In this document: in pieces, positions 26,219-38,097 of the stretch | Position numbering within the stretch: the first letter of the stretch is position 1 | Layout of the letters: every line of letters starts with the position of its first letter | Assembly: GCA_951406725.2 (NCBI GenBank) | Contig: OX597823.1 | Coordinates: 5,952,001-6,016,000 of the forward strand | Length of the DNA stretch: 64,000 nucleotides | From: Octopus vulgaris | Taxonomy: Eukaryota | Direction of reading: 5' to 3' | Translations under genes and position numbers: made by a program | The notes under the pieces: generated by a model | The model's database searches: none | What the model was told of the DNA's origin: nothing | Seen by the model: only the letters and a program-made list of their open reading frames with translations

Positions 26219-26297
26219 ACACCACCCTGTACTTAACTCCATATCCCCCTACATGGCCTTGCTATTTGCTTTTGAGCCAAATTAACTAACTAACTAA
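24248..26297 (+). mobile_element. 5'-truncated CR1/L2-group LINE (RT domain), apparently recent insertion
   Basis: RT motifs DFAKAFD, SGVPQGSVLGPLLF, LFADD and C-terminal RGH...WNKLP. ORFs 24224-24952 and 24983-26218 are the same frame, broken by one TGA in NY(R)PVSL. (TAAC)n tail; CATTATGG TSD at 24240-24247 and 26298-26305. Confidence 0.95.
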
Positions 26298-26689
26298 CAT
26301 TATGGATTCCTGGCATTGAATATTGGAATCATACTCCAATATCTAACACACACATTGTGTATCGCCTCAGCCCTTCACACACACAAGGATTAAAAAGACA
26401 CTTTCACTATTACAGCCAACGATTCTAGTCAAACGCACAAGACAGCCATTATGTTCCCACACACAAAACACCACCACGTGGACTCTGTTGAGACTAGTAA
26501 GAAATCATTATGAACTTTTCTTTTATTACACTTAACTTTTAAAAATATACATTTTGGATAAGGTTCATTTTTTCAAGAATCTCTCAGAAAATTAAAATTT
26601 ATCTTATATAGTGGCGTTTTCAAACTTCTTTTTTATAAATATATACTCACTCGTATGCCACCTACACTTTATATATATATATATATATA

Positions 26690-26900
26690 TAAAGTTAATC
26701 CAAACAAGAAAACACAAAAAAACACAACAACGCGAGGACGTGGAACAAATATAGTATTATTGGACGCTCAGGAAAGAAGGGAAGAAGGAGGGTTTAACGT
26801 TTCGAGCGGAGCTCTTCGTCGGAAACATAGGAGAAGGAAAGATCCCGAGAAGGGAAGACAGAGGAAAAAAAATCGCCAACGGTACACACGAGGTCACACA
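26690..26900 (-). repeat. Penelope pLTR-like repeat carrying a minimal hammerhead motif (second copy at 2657-2860)
   Basis: Two similar copies beside (AT)n; motif GUUU-C(C/U)GACGA-A-GAGC ucc GCUC-GAAA-CGUU-AAAC. Confidence 0.65.
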
Positions 26901-27053
26901 TACATGCACATCCATACACATGCATGCACATACATACCTACATACACACACATGCATGCATATACATATACATGCATACATACATACAAATACATACATT
27001 CATACACATACATACATATGTGCATGCATATACATACTCACACATACACAACA

Positions 27054-27124
<71 letters not shown>

Positions 27125-27162
27125 CATCTATGCCATAGAAGGTGGAGGAGAGATGTTATTAC

Positions 27163-27259
27163 CTTTGAAGATTGGTAATAGACGTAGACACAGCCTACTT
27201 CAAACGATACATCTTCGTAGATGGAATGCATTGGAGCTCCAACAATGATATCATCTAAT
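27163..27259 (-). CDS. Integrin alpha exon: LDDIIVGAPMHSIYEDVSFEVGCVYVYYQSSK
   Basis: tctttcag acceptor, gtaata donor, 97 nt, phase 2-0; GAP and GxVYVY motifs. Confidence 0.95.
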
Positions 27260-27429
27260 CTGAAAGATTAATTAAAAATAAATTAATAAATAAAAGAGTG
27301 AACAAAAATGAAAATTAAAATAAGTTGAAATGGAGTTTTAATATGGCTGTGTGGTTAAAAAACTTTATTTTTAGCTAAGTTCTGTGTTTTTCCACTTAAA
27401 ATCAAATTTAGAATAATACAACAGATTCG

Positions 27430-27870
27430 ATGATTGGCATCTGTGCTAGTGGAGAACTAAGAGCACCATCCAAGCATGATCTTTACTAGGGCAGCTAACT
27501 GACTTCCATGCTGGTGGCACATAAAAAGAACCATTTGAGCGTGATCATTACCAGCATCGCCTTACTGGCACGTGAAAAACATTCAAGCGAGGTCATTGCT
27601 AGTGCTGCAGGACTGGCTCCTGTGCAGGTGGTACGTAAAAAACACCATTTGAGCGTGGCTGTTGCCAGTACTGCCTGACTGGTCCTCGTGCTGGTGGCAC
27701 GTAAAAGCACCCACTACACTCTCGGAGTGGTTAGCGTTAAGAAGGGCATCCAGCTGTAGAAACTCTGCCAGATCAGACTGGAGTCTGGTGCAGCCATCTG
27801 GTTTGCCAGTCCTCAGTCAAATCGTCCAACCCATACCAGCATGGAAAGTGGACGTTAAACGATGATGATG
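27430..27870 (+). repeat. SINE family C
   Basis: Same subrepeats and tail as 17015-17312. Confidence 0.8.
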
Positions 27871-28077
27871 ACAACTTAACCACAAGTAAATATAGTAATT
27901 ATTTTCAAAATGAAATGAAATACAAGGACAGTGCATTTCATTGGAAACCTCGTAAAGAAAGGGTTAAGATGAAGCGCCACACACGTGCCGACTAATTATT
28001 ATTTTTACAAGTTCTTTTAAAAATATGGGTGGAGTGGCAGATTAGGAAGTAGAAAGAGAAATAAACTCCTGAGTAAT

Positions 28078-28241
28078 AGGCACAGGTGTGTCTGTGTGGT
28101 AAGAATCTTGCTTCCTAACCACATGGTTCCAAGTTCAGTCCCACTGCGTGGCACCTTTGGCAGGTGTCTTCTACTATAGCCTCAGGCCGAGCAAAGCCTT
28201 GTGAGTGGATTTGGTAGATGGAAACTGAAAGAACCCCGTCG

Positions 28242-28280
<39 letters not shown>

Positions 28281-28505
28281 GTATATATTTTGTGTGTGTT
28301 TGTGTGTGTTTGTTCCCCTGCCATCACTTGCCAACCGATGCTGGTGTGTTTATGTCCCTGTAACTTAGCACTTTGGCAAAAGAGACCAATAGAATATGCA
28401 CTAGGCTTACAAAAAATAAGTCCTGGGGTCGATTTCTTTGATTAATACCCTTTAAGGTGGTGCTCCAGCATGGCCACAGTCAAATGACTGAAACAAGTAA
28501 AAGAA
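28078..28505 (+). repeat. SINE family A
   Basis: Full-length copy ending about 25 nt from an integrin donor site. Confidence 0.85.
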
Positions 28506-28529
28506 TGAAAAAAAAGCATAAGTTCTTAC

Positions 28530-28582
28530 TTATCCCCATTTAGATCTTCAGCTTCAATAGCAGAGCCAAAATATTCTCCAAA
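28530..28582 (-). CDS. Integrin alpha exon: FGEYFGSAIEAEDLNGD(K)
   Basis: ttttgtag acceptor, gtaaga donor, 53 nt; YFG and DLNGD of blade 5. Confidence 0.95.
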
Positions 28583-28859
28583 CTACAAAATTGAAAATGA
28601 AAAATAAAAAAATAAAAAAATTAATATATTCAGGTTTTTTTTGTCAATATAAAACAATATAATAGTGAAACAAAAAAAAAAAAAAATAATGATGATGAAT
28701 ACATTTCCAAAATGATAATGATAATTTTTTACAAAATTAGAAGGAAATAAAATTTTAAAATTATTATGAAATAACTTTTCCAAAATTTTAATGAATAATT
28801 TTAAAATGATAATGTTTTGCTAAAGAATATTATCAAGAGTTTAACGAACACATATTCAT

Positions 28860-30180
28860 TATAAAGGAGTTGCTGTTCCTCAATAACAAAACGCATCGAT
28901 TGGCACATTCATGTTCAAATCCACCAGAACATATGCAAGTCATCGTTTTGATTCCATCAATTTATTGCTTATATCGATTTGCTTATATCAATTTGTTATT
29001 GGTTGGCAGTGAACTGTTTGGTGAAGTTATAAACAAGCGCTTTGAACTCTTGTTAGCTTCATTAGTCCGAAGTGCCTTGGCTGATGAGACACAATAATGT
29101 TGAAACCCTGGCTGTTCCAAAGTTCCCCGGTGCTCATGAATCAAGTGTGTTATGAACAGACTTTTGTTATAAAGAAGATGTTCTCTTGAGATGAAACACA
29201 ACAGTGGTTAACCTATCCACTCTTGAATCCATTGGAATAAAGAGTAAAATCATTTTGATTCCCACTGTTTACTGTGTATACAATGATTTATTATTGGTTG
29301 GCAGATATTAGCACACATCAGCAAACACTTTGTTTGCTGCTGACATAACCAAGAGTGTTGCACATTTATTAAATTCATTAGTCTGGGCTGCATCTGATTG
29401 ACAAGAGACAGAACTAAGTCAAAACACCAGATGTCTCAGAATCCCTAGCATCAAAGAATCATATTTGTCATAAAAGAGAAGCTGTTCTCCTGTAATGAAA
29501 TACAACAGTGATCGGCATATTTATGTCCAAATCTACCAGAATATATTGAGAAGACATCAAACTGATAAATAATTCTTAAAAAAATGCAAATGAAAACAGT
29601 GCCACATTATTCAGAAATTGAATTTTTTATGTTATGATTGTTGCATGCCACAGTGAGCTTCAAAATTACAATGGAATGGTCTTCTAACACTAATAAAATG
29701 CTGAAAGCGAAGTCATTGCAATATGGACTTCTATGGCAAAACATTGAATTCCATGACAAAATTTTTAATGGCATTAGTCATTTTTAATGGTCAGTTTAGA
29801 AAATATAATATCTAATACTGAAGAAAATGGTTATAGCAGTGACATCACATCTGGGATTCAAATGCTGTACCTGTCGTTAAGTTGTATACCTATGCTAACG
29901 ACCACTCCAAAGTGACTCCACAACTTTGACCATTCAAATTAAAAGATTTAAACTAGGTAGCTTAGACCATATACTAGTGGCCAGTTAATAGGGATTTCAG
30001 TCCACATGGCATCAATGTATGGTACAATATTTCATATAAAACATGGGAAAAAACTAACATCAAAGGTAAGATTTGAATGACAGGTCAACGGCTTCAAATA
30101 TTTGGTTTATTTACCTTCATTAATCAGATTGATGAAGGTGTGCAACTTGAAAGTTTGAAGGATTTGTCAATGGCTACCTT
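28860..30180 (+). mobile_element. Highly decayed hAT transposase remnant
   Basis: SALADET (first catalytic D region) near 29070-29090; C-terminal IPMxTTTP...LIGISVH-like dimerisation-domain pieces near 29880-30010; many stops and frameshifts. Confidence 0.5.
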
Positions 30181-30344
30181 GCAAAAATTCACATATATAT
30201 GTATATATATATATATATATTTTTACAAGATAAGGGCAGAAGAAAAATTCTAATGCCAGATACGCCGAAACAAAAAATTGTCGATAACCATTAAATTTAT
30301 GCGTCTCGAAACAAACCGATAGAAATCTCTAAAAAATTTGTTAT

Positions 30345-30403
30345 TACCATATTGGTCCAATTTCAGGGTTAATTCACAAGAAATTTTCCCCTCTTCAGCA
30401 GCA
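30345..30403 (-). ncRNA. Putative type I hammerhead ribozyme
   Basis: UGCUG-CUGAAGA-GGGG...CCCU-GAAA-UUG gac CAA-UA/UGGUA: intact core, three stems by eye. Confidence 0.6.
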
Positions 30404-30535
30404 CATACGCGAGATATAAATGAAATACTTATTCATACCCATAGAAGAAGCAAGCACTAAGTCCCGAGCAGACTTAAGTACCCCAAATATATCCAAAATA
30501 GAAAAATCTTCGGCACTCCTCACAAAATCTCACTT

Positions 30536-30587
<52 letters not shown>

Positions 30588-31093
30588 TGTAAGTGAGATT
30601 TTGTGAGGAGATAGATTCCTCTTTAAAGGGATGTCAAAATCCGAGCGCCCTCTGGTTTTAATTTATATATCGATATATTGATCAAAGGCTTATATCACAG
30701 ACAAAGTGTTAATAAATTGATTATGCTCTGTTCAAACACCTCATTTTCTTTATGCTACATATATATATATATATATATATAGTAGAATTAGAAGTAGAAA
30801 GCCCTTGGTACAGTATTATATATTTGAAAAGATGTGAATAGAAATGACTTTTTCGATAATTTTCCCAATTTGATAATTAGATGTTCATAAGTTATTAGGT
30901 GTTGTCATTTCATCCCCATCATCGTTATCATTTAATGTCTAATTATTTCTTCATGGCTGGGAAGGTTTTCATGGAAGATTAAAAACAAAGGAAACGTCTT
31001 GAATGGCAGTGACACTCACTTACAAATACTGCCTGATGCGAAAACAAGGAAATAAATACAAACACACAAAACGTATATACATGTGTGTGTGAA

Positions 31094-31139
<46 letters not shown>

Positions 31140-31181
31140 GACACACATATGTAAATACACATACAAACATGTGTATGTGTA

Positions 31182-31215
<34 letters not shown>

Positions 31216-32009
31216 CGTACACACATACACACCCACACGGTCCTTTTTGAAACAGTTTTTTCCCAGACTGAAGAACTTGAGCAGGCAAATAGAAGATAGC
31301 TCAAGCCAGATGTTCCCTCAAGAAATGTCCTAAAATAGAATCTGCCCTCAATTATATCACCTTCTCTATTAATATCTTCTAGTTTATCAGTTTTATGCAC
31401 AAGATACATAAACAGAGAGAAGGAAGACGAAAGAAAGGGGAGAGAGAGAGAGAGAAGGAGTGTGTTAGTTTCAGTTAGTCATAAATAAATTGAGAAACTT
31501 TGAGTCAAAATAAAATGTGTGGGATTTTGGTCATTTCATACGAGATACAAAACAGGGATGGAAATCGTAAAACGAAAGTCTTTTACTACAATCTAATTTT
31601 TCATCATTTCATGAAGTACCAGCTGAGTTCTGGGACAATGTAATTGACTAGCTTTGTCCCCCAAAATTTCAGACAACTCTAGTAAAGTTCCAACTCTAAA
31701 CACATGTTATCAGTATAAATTTTATGAAATATTCTAAACTATATAAAAAAGTAAAATTATTTCTTTATAAAACTGAAGCAGGAGCTGGACTAAACACTAC
31801 CAAGTGTCCAGTTCAGTCCACAAGCCTATGTCCAGCACACTAAGAATATGGATTTATGACTAACAAGCCAGTAATTCATTAATCCTGTGAATTTAACCAT
31901 TTCACTTCCGTTGTGTCTAAAAGAAGGAAAATGTGAATAGTTCCATCCATTTTTTTAATATAGAAATTTTGTGAATTCAAATTTTTAATAATTGAAAAGT
32001 TTAACTTAC

Positions 32010-32063
32010 CTGTTGTCCTAGAATACTTTGGATATGTATTAATTCCTGGGTGTAAATCATAAC
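32010..32063 (-). CDS. Integrin alpha exon: VMIYTQELIHIQSILGQQ
   Basis: ctattccag acceptor, gtaagt donor, 54 nt, phase 0-0. Confidence 0.92.
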
Positions 32064-32089
32064 CTGGAATAGAACAAGAATTATGGTAA

Positions 32090-32690
32090 CTTATGAGAAC
32101 TGTTGATATAGAGGGAAAGGAAGATAATGAAAGAGAAGAGGAAAGACTATAGGGCCAAATGTACTTGAATGATGGAGGTATGAGATCAAGCAGGTCTGAG
32201 GAACAGGGGCCATTATGATAGCAATGTAAAAGAGATAATGAGGAGACAGCACACCTATGGGCCAGAGACTGGAGTGTGTCTATTAGTGACAGGATGCAAA
32301 TCAGCAGAGTAACCATTCTCCAAGATGTGAGAGTGCTTAGCAACAGCAGGACCATCCCAGATGTGGAAGCAGTGTTCCATTGTGGGGCCTCACTTGAGCC
32401 TTGTAGAATGTCAGTGACTGTTGGAGTGCTAAAGTAACTTCTGGCCCTTAAGAGAAGAGCTAGTCTCTGGCATGCGATCCTTCACACGCTAAGGATATGC
32501 TTTTGCCAGAATTCTTCAGTTATAGTGAGGCCCCGTATTTGGAGCAACTGCCAGGGTTCTGACTCACGAGTAGAAGGAATGTGATGCAAGGGTGCTTTCT
32601 TAGAGCTTTTGTATTCTTTTCTGTTAAAAGAGACAAGGTTGGCATGGCTCCACTGAACAAGGCACACAAAGTCTCTATTTATGTTGTGTA
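32090..32690 (-). mobile_element. Decayed LINE (CR1/Jockey group) C-terminal fragment
   Basis: LQSLAHRCAVSSLSLLHCYHNGPCSSDLLDLIP resembles the LxHRRxVxxLxxxYRYxxGxC post-RT motif. Confidence 0.65.
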
Positions 32691-32702
32691 TAACCTAAAG
32701 GG

Positions 32703-32950
32703 TGGAGGCACGTGGCTTAGTGGTTAGGGTGTTGAACTCATGATCGTAAGGTTAAGGTTTCGATTCCTGGACTGGGTGATGCGTTGTGCTCTTGAGCAAA
32801 ACACTTCATTTTCACGTTCCTCCAGTCCACTCAGCTGGTGAAAATGAGTAATCCTGCGATGGACCAGTGTCCCGTCCAGGTGGGGAATTTCTACGCCACT
32901 GAAACCGGGAAACCAGCCCTTATGAGCCTGGCATAGCTCGAGAAGGAACA
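32703..32950 (+). repeat. tRNA-derived SINE family D
   Basis: tggcttagtggttag...gtttcgattcc head, cttgagcaa core; relatives at about 15500, 21760, 39985-40210 (-) and 6440-6575 (-). Confidence 0.75.
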
Positions 32951-33403
32951 TTTGTAACCTAAAGGAGATTTAGCTGCTATTTCTAGTAAGTTGATTGTCC
33001 ACATATGTCCTTGTTGGTTCAAGATACATGATGCCTTTTGTAGTAGAAAGAGCAGTGGCATTGTCATTGATCAAAAGGTATTCCAGTCCTGATCCTCCCG
33101 CTTTTTATTCAGGCATAGTATATCAAAGAATACATCTACCTAATGTGTCCCTTTTTATGTTTCCTTCAAGATAATGCAGTTTGATTTGGAGGAGATTTAG
33201 CTGCTATTTTGGAGGAGGGGATCAAGTGACCACAACAAATGTTTATTTGACTTGAGGCATAAATGAATGTAAGTGTGTATGTAGTCATGGTGGTGGTAAT
33301 GATAGAAGAAGAACAGGGAACCAAAATAAGGGCACCTCCAACTCCCTGTTTTTTCACATATGAGCAGAGAGAGTGAGAAAGAGAGAGAGAGTGGAAGAGC
33401 GAA

Positions 33404-33436
<33 letters not shown>

Positions 33437-33742
33437 ATACCAATGGTTTTTCTATTAGCTTCCACTCAATACAAGAGTATTGTCTCTCTGTGTGTGTGTG
33501 TGTGTGTGTGAATATTCTATTTTCTTTTCTGGTTCCATCAAATAAGAGGAGAAAACTTTGTGAAGAAATCATGATTATGTGAAGAATTTGAGGACAGGGA
33601 GCAGTGGAGGGGGGAGTAGTTATTTCACAATAAATAGGCGAGTATATATAATACACATAGTTTTATTAAAAGAATGTTGCAGAAAAAATACTGGACAAGC
33701 TGAAAAAACATCTCCTCCAAATATTTTCTTAATGTAACTTAC

Positions 33743-33786
33743 CTTGCCATAATGTCTGTCTGCCTTGGGAGCACTAACCACATAAT
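33743..33786 (-). CDS. Integrin alpha exon: (D)YVVSAPKADRHYGK
   Basis: attttacag acceptor, gtaagt donor, 44 nt, phase 1-0. Confidence 0.93.
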
Positions 33787-34476
33787 CTGTAAAATATTAA
33801 ATATAAATGCCATATTGTAGTCTTAAACAGAAGATGAGATATTACACTCCCTTAGGTTATTATTATTATTATTATTATTATTTCTTTCTTTCTTCAAATT
33901 TTCTTCTGTTTCTCGCCGAGTGTTTTCCGTACACTTAGGGCAGAGAAGCTCATTGTATGCATTCCCAGATTACACACGCAAATTCACAGGTAAAATATGT
34001 ATTTAAAAAGAATAATGAATAAATAAATTCATGAATTATTATTATTATTATTAACCCTTTTGTTACCATATTTCTGTTGAGATGTTCTGTGTTTCTTTCA
34101 ATTAATTTTAAATATTACAAAGAATTTAGTAAAGTAACTTAGCTATCTTTTAGGAACATAAATTGTGACTAAGATTTGGTGGAAGATTTAAAATTCAGAA
34201 TTTTTGAAAGCAAGACATTTGTTTTCAACTGGTACTTATATTATTGACTCCGAAAGGATGCAAGGCAAAGCTGACCTTGGTAGAATTTGAACTCAGAATG
34301 TAAAGACAGACAAAATGCCACTCAGCATTTTGCCTGGCATGCCAACCATTCCTGCCAGCTTGCCTGCCTGCCTTACACAAATTTGGTAATATTGCTAACT
34401 TTAAAACATTTGATTATCCTGTGCTGAAAACTAAGAAATGAATGTTACTAAAAAAGAGAAAATGTGTTTGTCTCAC

Positions 34477-34521
34477 CTTGGATATCATCACCATTAAATT
34501 CACCAACAGCAGTAGCATAAC
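34477..34521 (-). CDS. Integrin alpha exon: (G)YATAVGEFNGDDIQ(D)
   Basis: ttcatccag acceptor, gtgaga donor, 45 nt; blade 4 cation-binding loop. Confidence 0.95.
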
Positions 34522-34547
34522 CTGGATGAAAATAAAACCACAGATAT

Positions 34548-34727
34548 ATATAGGGAGAGTTTATGAAAAAAACAAAAGACGAAGACAGGTGGTGTACAAA
34601 ACAAACAGATGTATTAGTATAACGCTCAGGAATAGAAAAAAGTCTTTTATGTTTCGAGCCTACGCTCTTCTACAGAAAGGGACACAGAAAAAAAACAAGG
34701 AGAGAAAAAAATGTGTGTAGTGGCTAA

Positions 34728-34730
<3 letters not shown>
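34548..34730 (-). repeat. Penelope pLTR-like repeat carrying a minimal hammerhead-like motif (second copy at 8455-8642)
   Basis: CUUU-CUGUAGA-A-GAGC guag GCUC-GAAA-CAUA-AAAG; both copies abut (AT)n. Confidence 0.6.
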
Positions 34731-34780
<50 letters not shown>

Positions 34781-34877
34781 ACTTACTTGGAAATGGATGC
34801 ATGGTGTTCGATCATATAATAAAATAAACACTATATAAATATATGCATATATACATACATATATGTCATACCTACAT

Positions 34878-35195
34878 ATCATCATCATCATCGTTTAACG
34901 TCCGTTCTCCATGCTAGCATGGGTTGGACGGTTCGACCGGGGTTCTGGGAAGCCAGAAGGCTGCACCAGGCTCCAGTCTAATCTGGCAATGTTTCTACAG
35001 CTGGATGCCCTTCCTAACGCCAACCACTCCGTGAGTGTAGTGGGTGCTTTTTACGTGCCACCTGCACAGGTGCCAGGCGGGGCTGGCAACGGCCACGGTC
35101 AGATTGGTGTATTTTATGTGCCACCGGCACGGAAGCCAGTCGAGGCGGTGCTGGCATCGGCCACGAGTCGGATAGTGCTTTTTACGTACCACCAG
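34878..35195 (-). repeat. SINE family C
   Basis: Same subrepeats and tail as 17015-17312. Confidence 0.8.
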
Positions 35196-35699
35196 ACCAG
35201 GGATCCTGGCTGGTTCAATTCGATTTCGATTTCATATGTATATTTACAAGCATATATGGGCACAGGACATAAAAAAACGTAGACAAAACGAGAAACAAGA
35301 ACATAAAAAAACAAAAACATGGAAAACAAACTTTTTTCGAACAATGAAAGAAAGAAACAGAGAAACGAGACAAGCAACATAAAGAACATTCCCTTCATCA
35401 GTTGTCCCCTGTTTTATCTACTCCATGTTTTGAAGGTAGGGACAAGATGCAAAGCATAATAGTTCTACAGAACTATTGTGCTTTGCTCAGTGAGATGGTG
35501 GCCTCTCACCCACTTCTACTTTTCCTTACCTAACATGCTGATGTTGTGTTCTACAAAAGATACCAGCTCTGAGTTATAATCTCAAATCCTGTGCAACAGT
35601 TTACTTACTTGCAACAGTTTAAGCTTTTCAAACTAATTATCTCTTCAATAATTATGAACTACTTTCATAATATTATCTAACATATATTTCTCTCTTTTA

Positions 35700-36107
35700 T
35701 TCTCTTTTACTTGTTTCAGTCATTTGACTGTGGCCATGCTGGAGCACCGCCTTTAGTCGAGCAAATCAACCCCGGGACTTATTCTTTGTAAGCCCAGTAC
35801 TTATTCTATTGGTATCTTTTGCCGAACCGCTAAGTGACGGGGATGTAAACACACCAGCATCGGTTGTCAAGCAATGCTAGGGGGACAAACACAGACACAC
35901 AAACATATACACACACATACATACATATATATACATATATACGACAGGCTTCTTTTCAGTTTCCATCTACCAAATCCACTCACAAGGCATTGGTCAGCCT
36001 GAGGCTATAGCAGAAGACACTTGCCCAAGATGCCACGCAGTGGGACTGAACCTGGAACCATGTGGTTGGTAAGCAAGCTACTTACCACACAGCCACTCCT
36101 GCGCCTA
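35700..36107 (-). repeat. SINE family A
   Basis: Full-length reverse-complement copy. Confidence 0.85.
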
Positions 36108-37246
36108 TATATTACAGAAGATTCTTAAATATTACGTTCGTTATCTCATGAATGTTATTCCATTAAATCGAATCTATGTACACATGTAAGTATAAATGAT
36201 GTGGATTAATAAAAATATAAGAACATTCAAATATTAGTGTGATAATTATCTTCACATGGAGCTTGCCTAATATTGTGAATCCCCCACAATACATGGTTAA
36301 AACCTACACTAAAAATATTCTTTTCTACTCTAGGCACAAAGCTTGAAATTGGGGGGGGGGGGCAGTCGATTAGATCGACCCCAGTACACAGCTGGTACTT
36401 AATTTATTGCCCCCCAAAAGGATGAAAGGCAAAGTCGACCTTGGCAGAATTTAAACTCAGAACGTAAAGACAGATGAAATCCCGCTAAGAATTTTGTGTG
36501 GCGTTTCTGCCAGCTTGCTGCCTTCTCCACTAAAAATATTAATCTTCCAATCTTTATAAAATGCCCACCACTACCACCAACACCACCACAGTGATAGTTG
36601 TTATATCAAAATCTCAAGGGTTTATGTAAAAGTACTTTTCTTTCCCTTGTTCTTTGATGGTTTGCTTAAGAATTTGCTTCACATCACGGAATCCCAATTA
36701 CTACCACCAACACCACCACCACCATCACACAGCTGCCATCACCACCACCACCACCACCATCGCCAGCATCATGATAGGTGACAATCACAGACCCAACAAG
36801 GCCCGGGGCAACTGAGACTTTGACTTATCTGTAACACTTAAGCAGTAATGATGTGTCTTATCTGCTCTGCCAGACCAGCATCCTTGACTGTAACAGGACT
36901 GTTTACTTCATGACTCCATAATGATGGGGGTGGGAGGCAGAGGGTAGAGGTGAGGGTAAAGAGTAAAGGTGGATGGTGAGGGTCGAGGAGGGGGGAAGAG
37001 ATGATGAGGGGGTGGATAATAAAAAAATATAAACAAGGAACAAAAAACGAAACAAAATAAGCCTTTTTTTCCCTTGGGGGGGGGGGGGGGTTCTCTCTAA
37101 CACATGCATGTATATACACACAAGGACACGAGTAAATTCATGTGTGTGTAAAAGCACAAACATACACGTGATCCCAATGGAAAGACATCTGCAAGAACCA
37201 ACAGAAAATACACACCAGCACCAGCTCAAATATTTGCACATAATTA

Positions 37247-37260
37247 TATCATCATCATCG

Positions 37261-37307
<47 letters not shown>

Positions 37308-37530
37308 GTCATCATCATCACCATCACCATCGTCATTCATTCGTGCTTGTTGCACGGATCCCAGTGACACTTGTCCTCTCCAGCCTGTTTGGTCCACCAC
37401 TGCATGTGGTAGGTCTTCTCGGGTGCACTTGGACTTCTTGCACAGTCGCTTTATGCACGTCCATGCTTTATGCATGTGGTCCATCAATATTTGCACATAA
37501 TTACACATAACTAGTTACATACACACACAC
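37247..37530 (-). mobile_element. RTE-like LINE 3' end with (GAT)n tail
   Basis: ...EDLPHAVVDQTGWRGQV followed by a long GAT repeat. Confidence 0.55.
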
Positions 37531-37574
37531 ACAAATGTAATTACTTGCACAAACTAATGTATATACATATATAC

Positions 37575-37642
<68 letters not shown>

Positions 37643-37647
<5 letters not shown>

Positions 37648-37980
37648 GCATGGCTCAGTGGTTAGAGCGTCGAGCTTACGATCGTGAGGTTGTGAGCTCG
37701 AATCCCGGACCGGGCTGCGTGTTGTGTTCTTGAGCAAGGCACTTTATTTCACGTTGCTCCAGTTCACTCAACTGTAGAAATGAGTTGCGATGTCACTGGT
37801 GCCAAGCTGTATCGACCTTTGTCTTTCCCTTGGATAACACTGGTGGTGTGGAGAGGGGAGGCCGGTATGCATGGGCGACTGCTGGTCTTCCATAAACAAC
37901 CTTGCCTGGACTTGTGTCTAGGAGGGTAACTTTCTAGGTGCAATCCCATGGTCATTCATGACCGAAGGGGGTCTTTACCC
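37643..37980 (+). repeat. tRNA-derived SINE (D-related, different tail)
   Basis: tggctcagtggttagagc...ctcgaatccc head, then cttgagcaaggcactt. Confidence 0.75.
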
Positions 37981-38097
37981 CTTATATATATATATATGTA
38001 TATATATAAAATTAAATAAGGGTAGAAATTGAGATTAATCAATTAAAACCAGTGGCCTAGCATATTTAAAAGAATCAGAAGATTAAAAATTTTTTAC

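Noticed and set aside
31020-31409. ORF starting MYLVHKTDKLEDINREGD as a possible Ca-loop exon
   Set aside because: No fitting splice sites; the integrin frame is already continuous without it, and the ORF runs into (AT)n
35255-35450. Repeat with CUGAUGA on the minus strand
   Set aside because: I could not assemble convincing stems or a correctly placed GAAA, so it is not counted as a hammerhead
37643-37720. tRNA gene-like sequence
   Set aside because: It has A/B boxes but no acceptor-stem closure and continues into a SINE body
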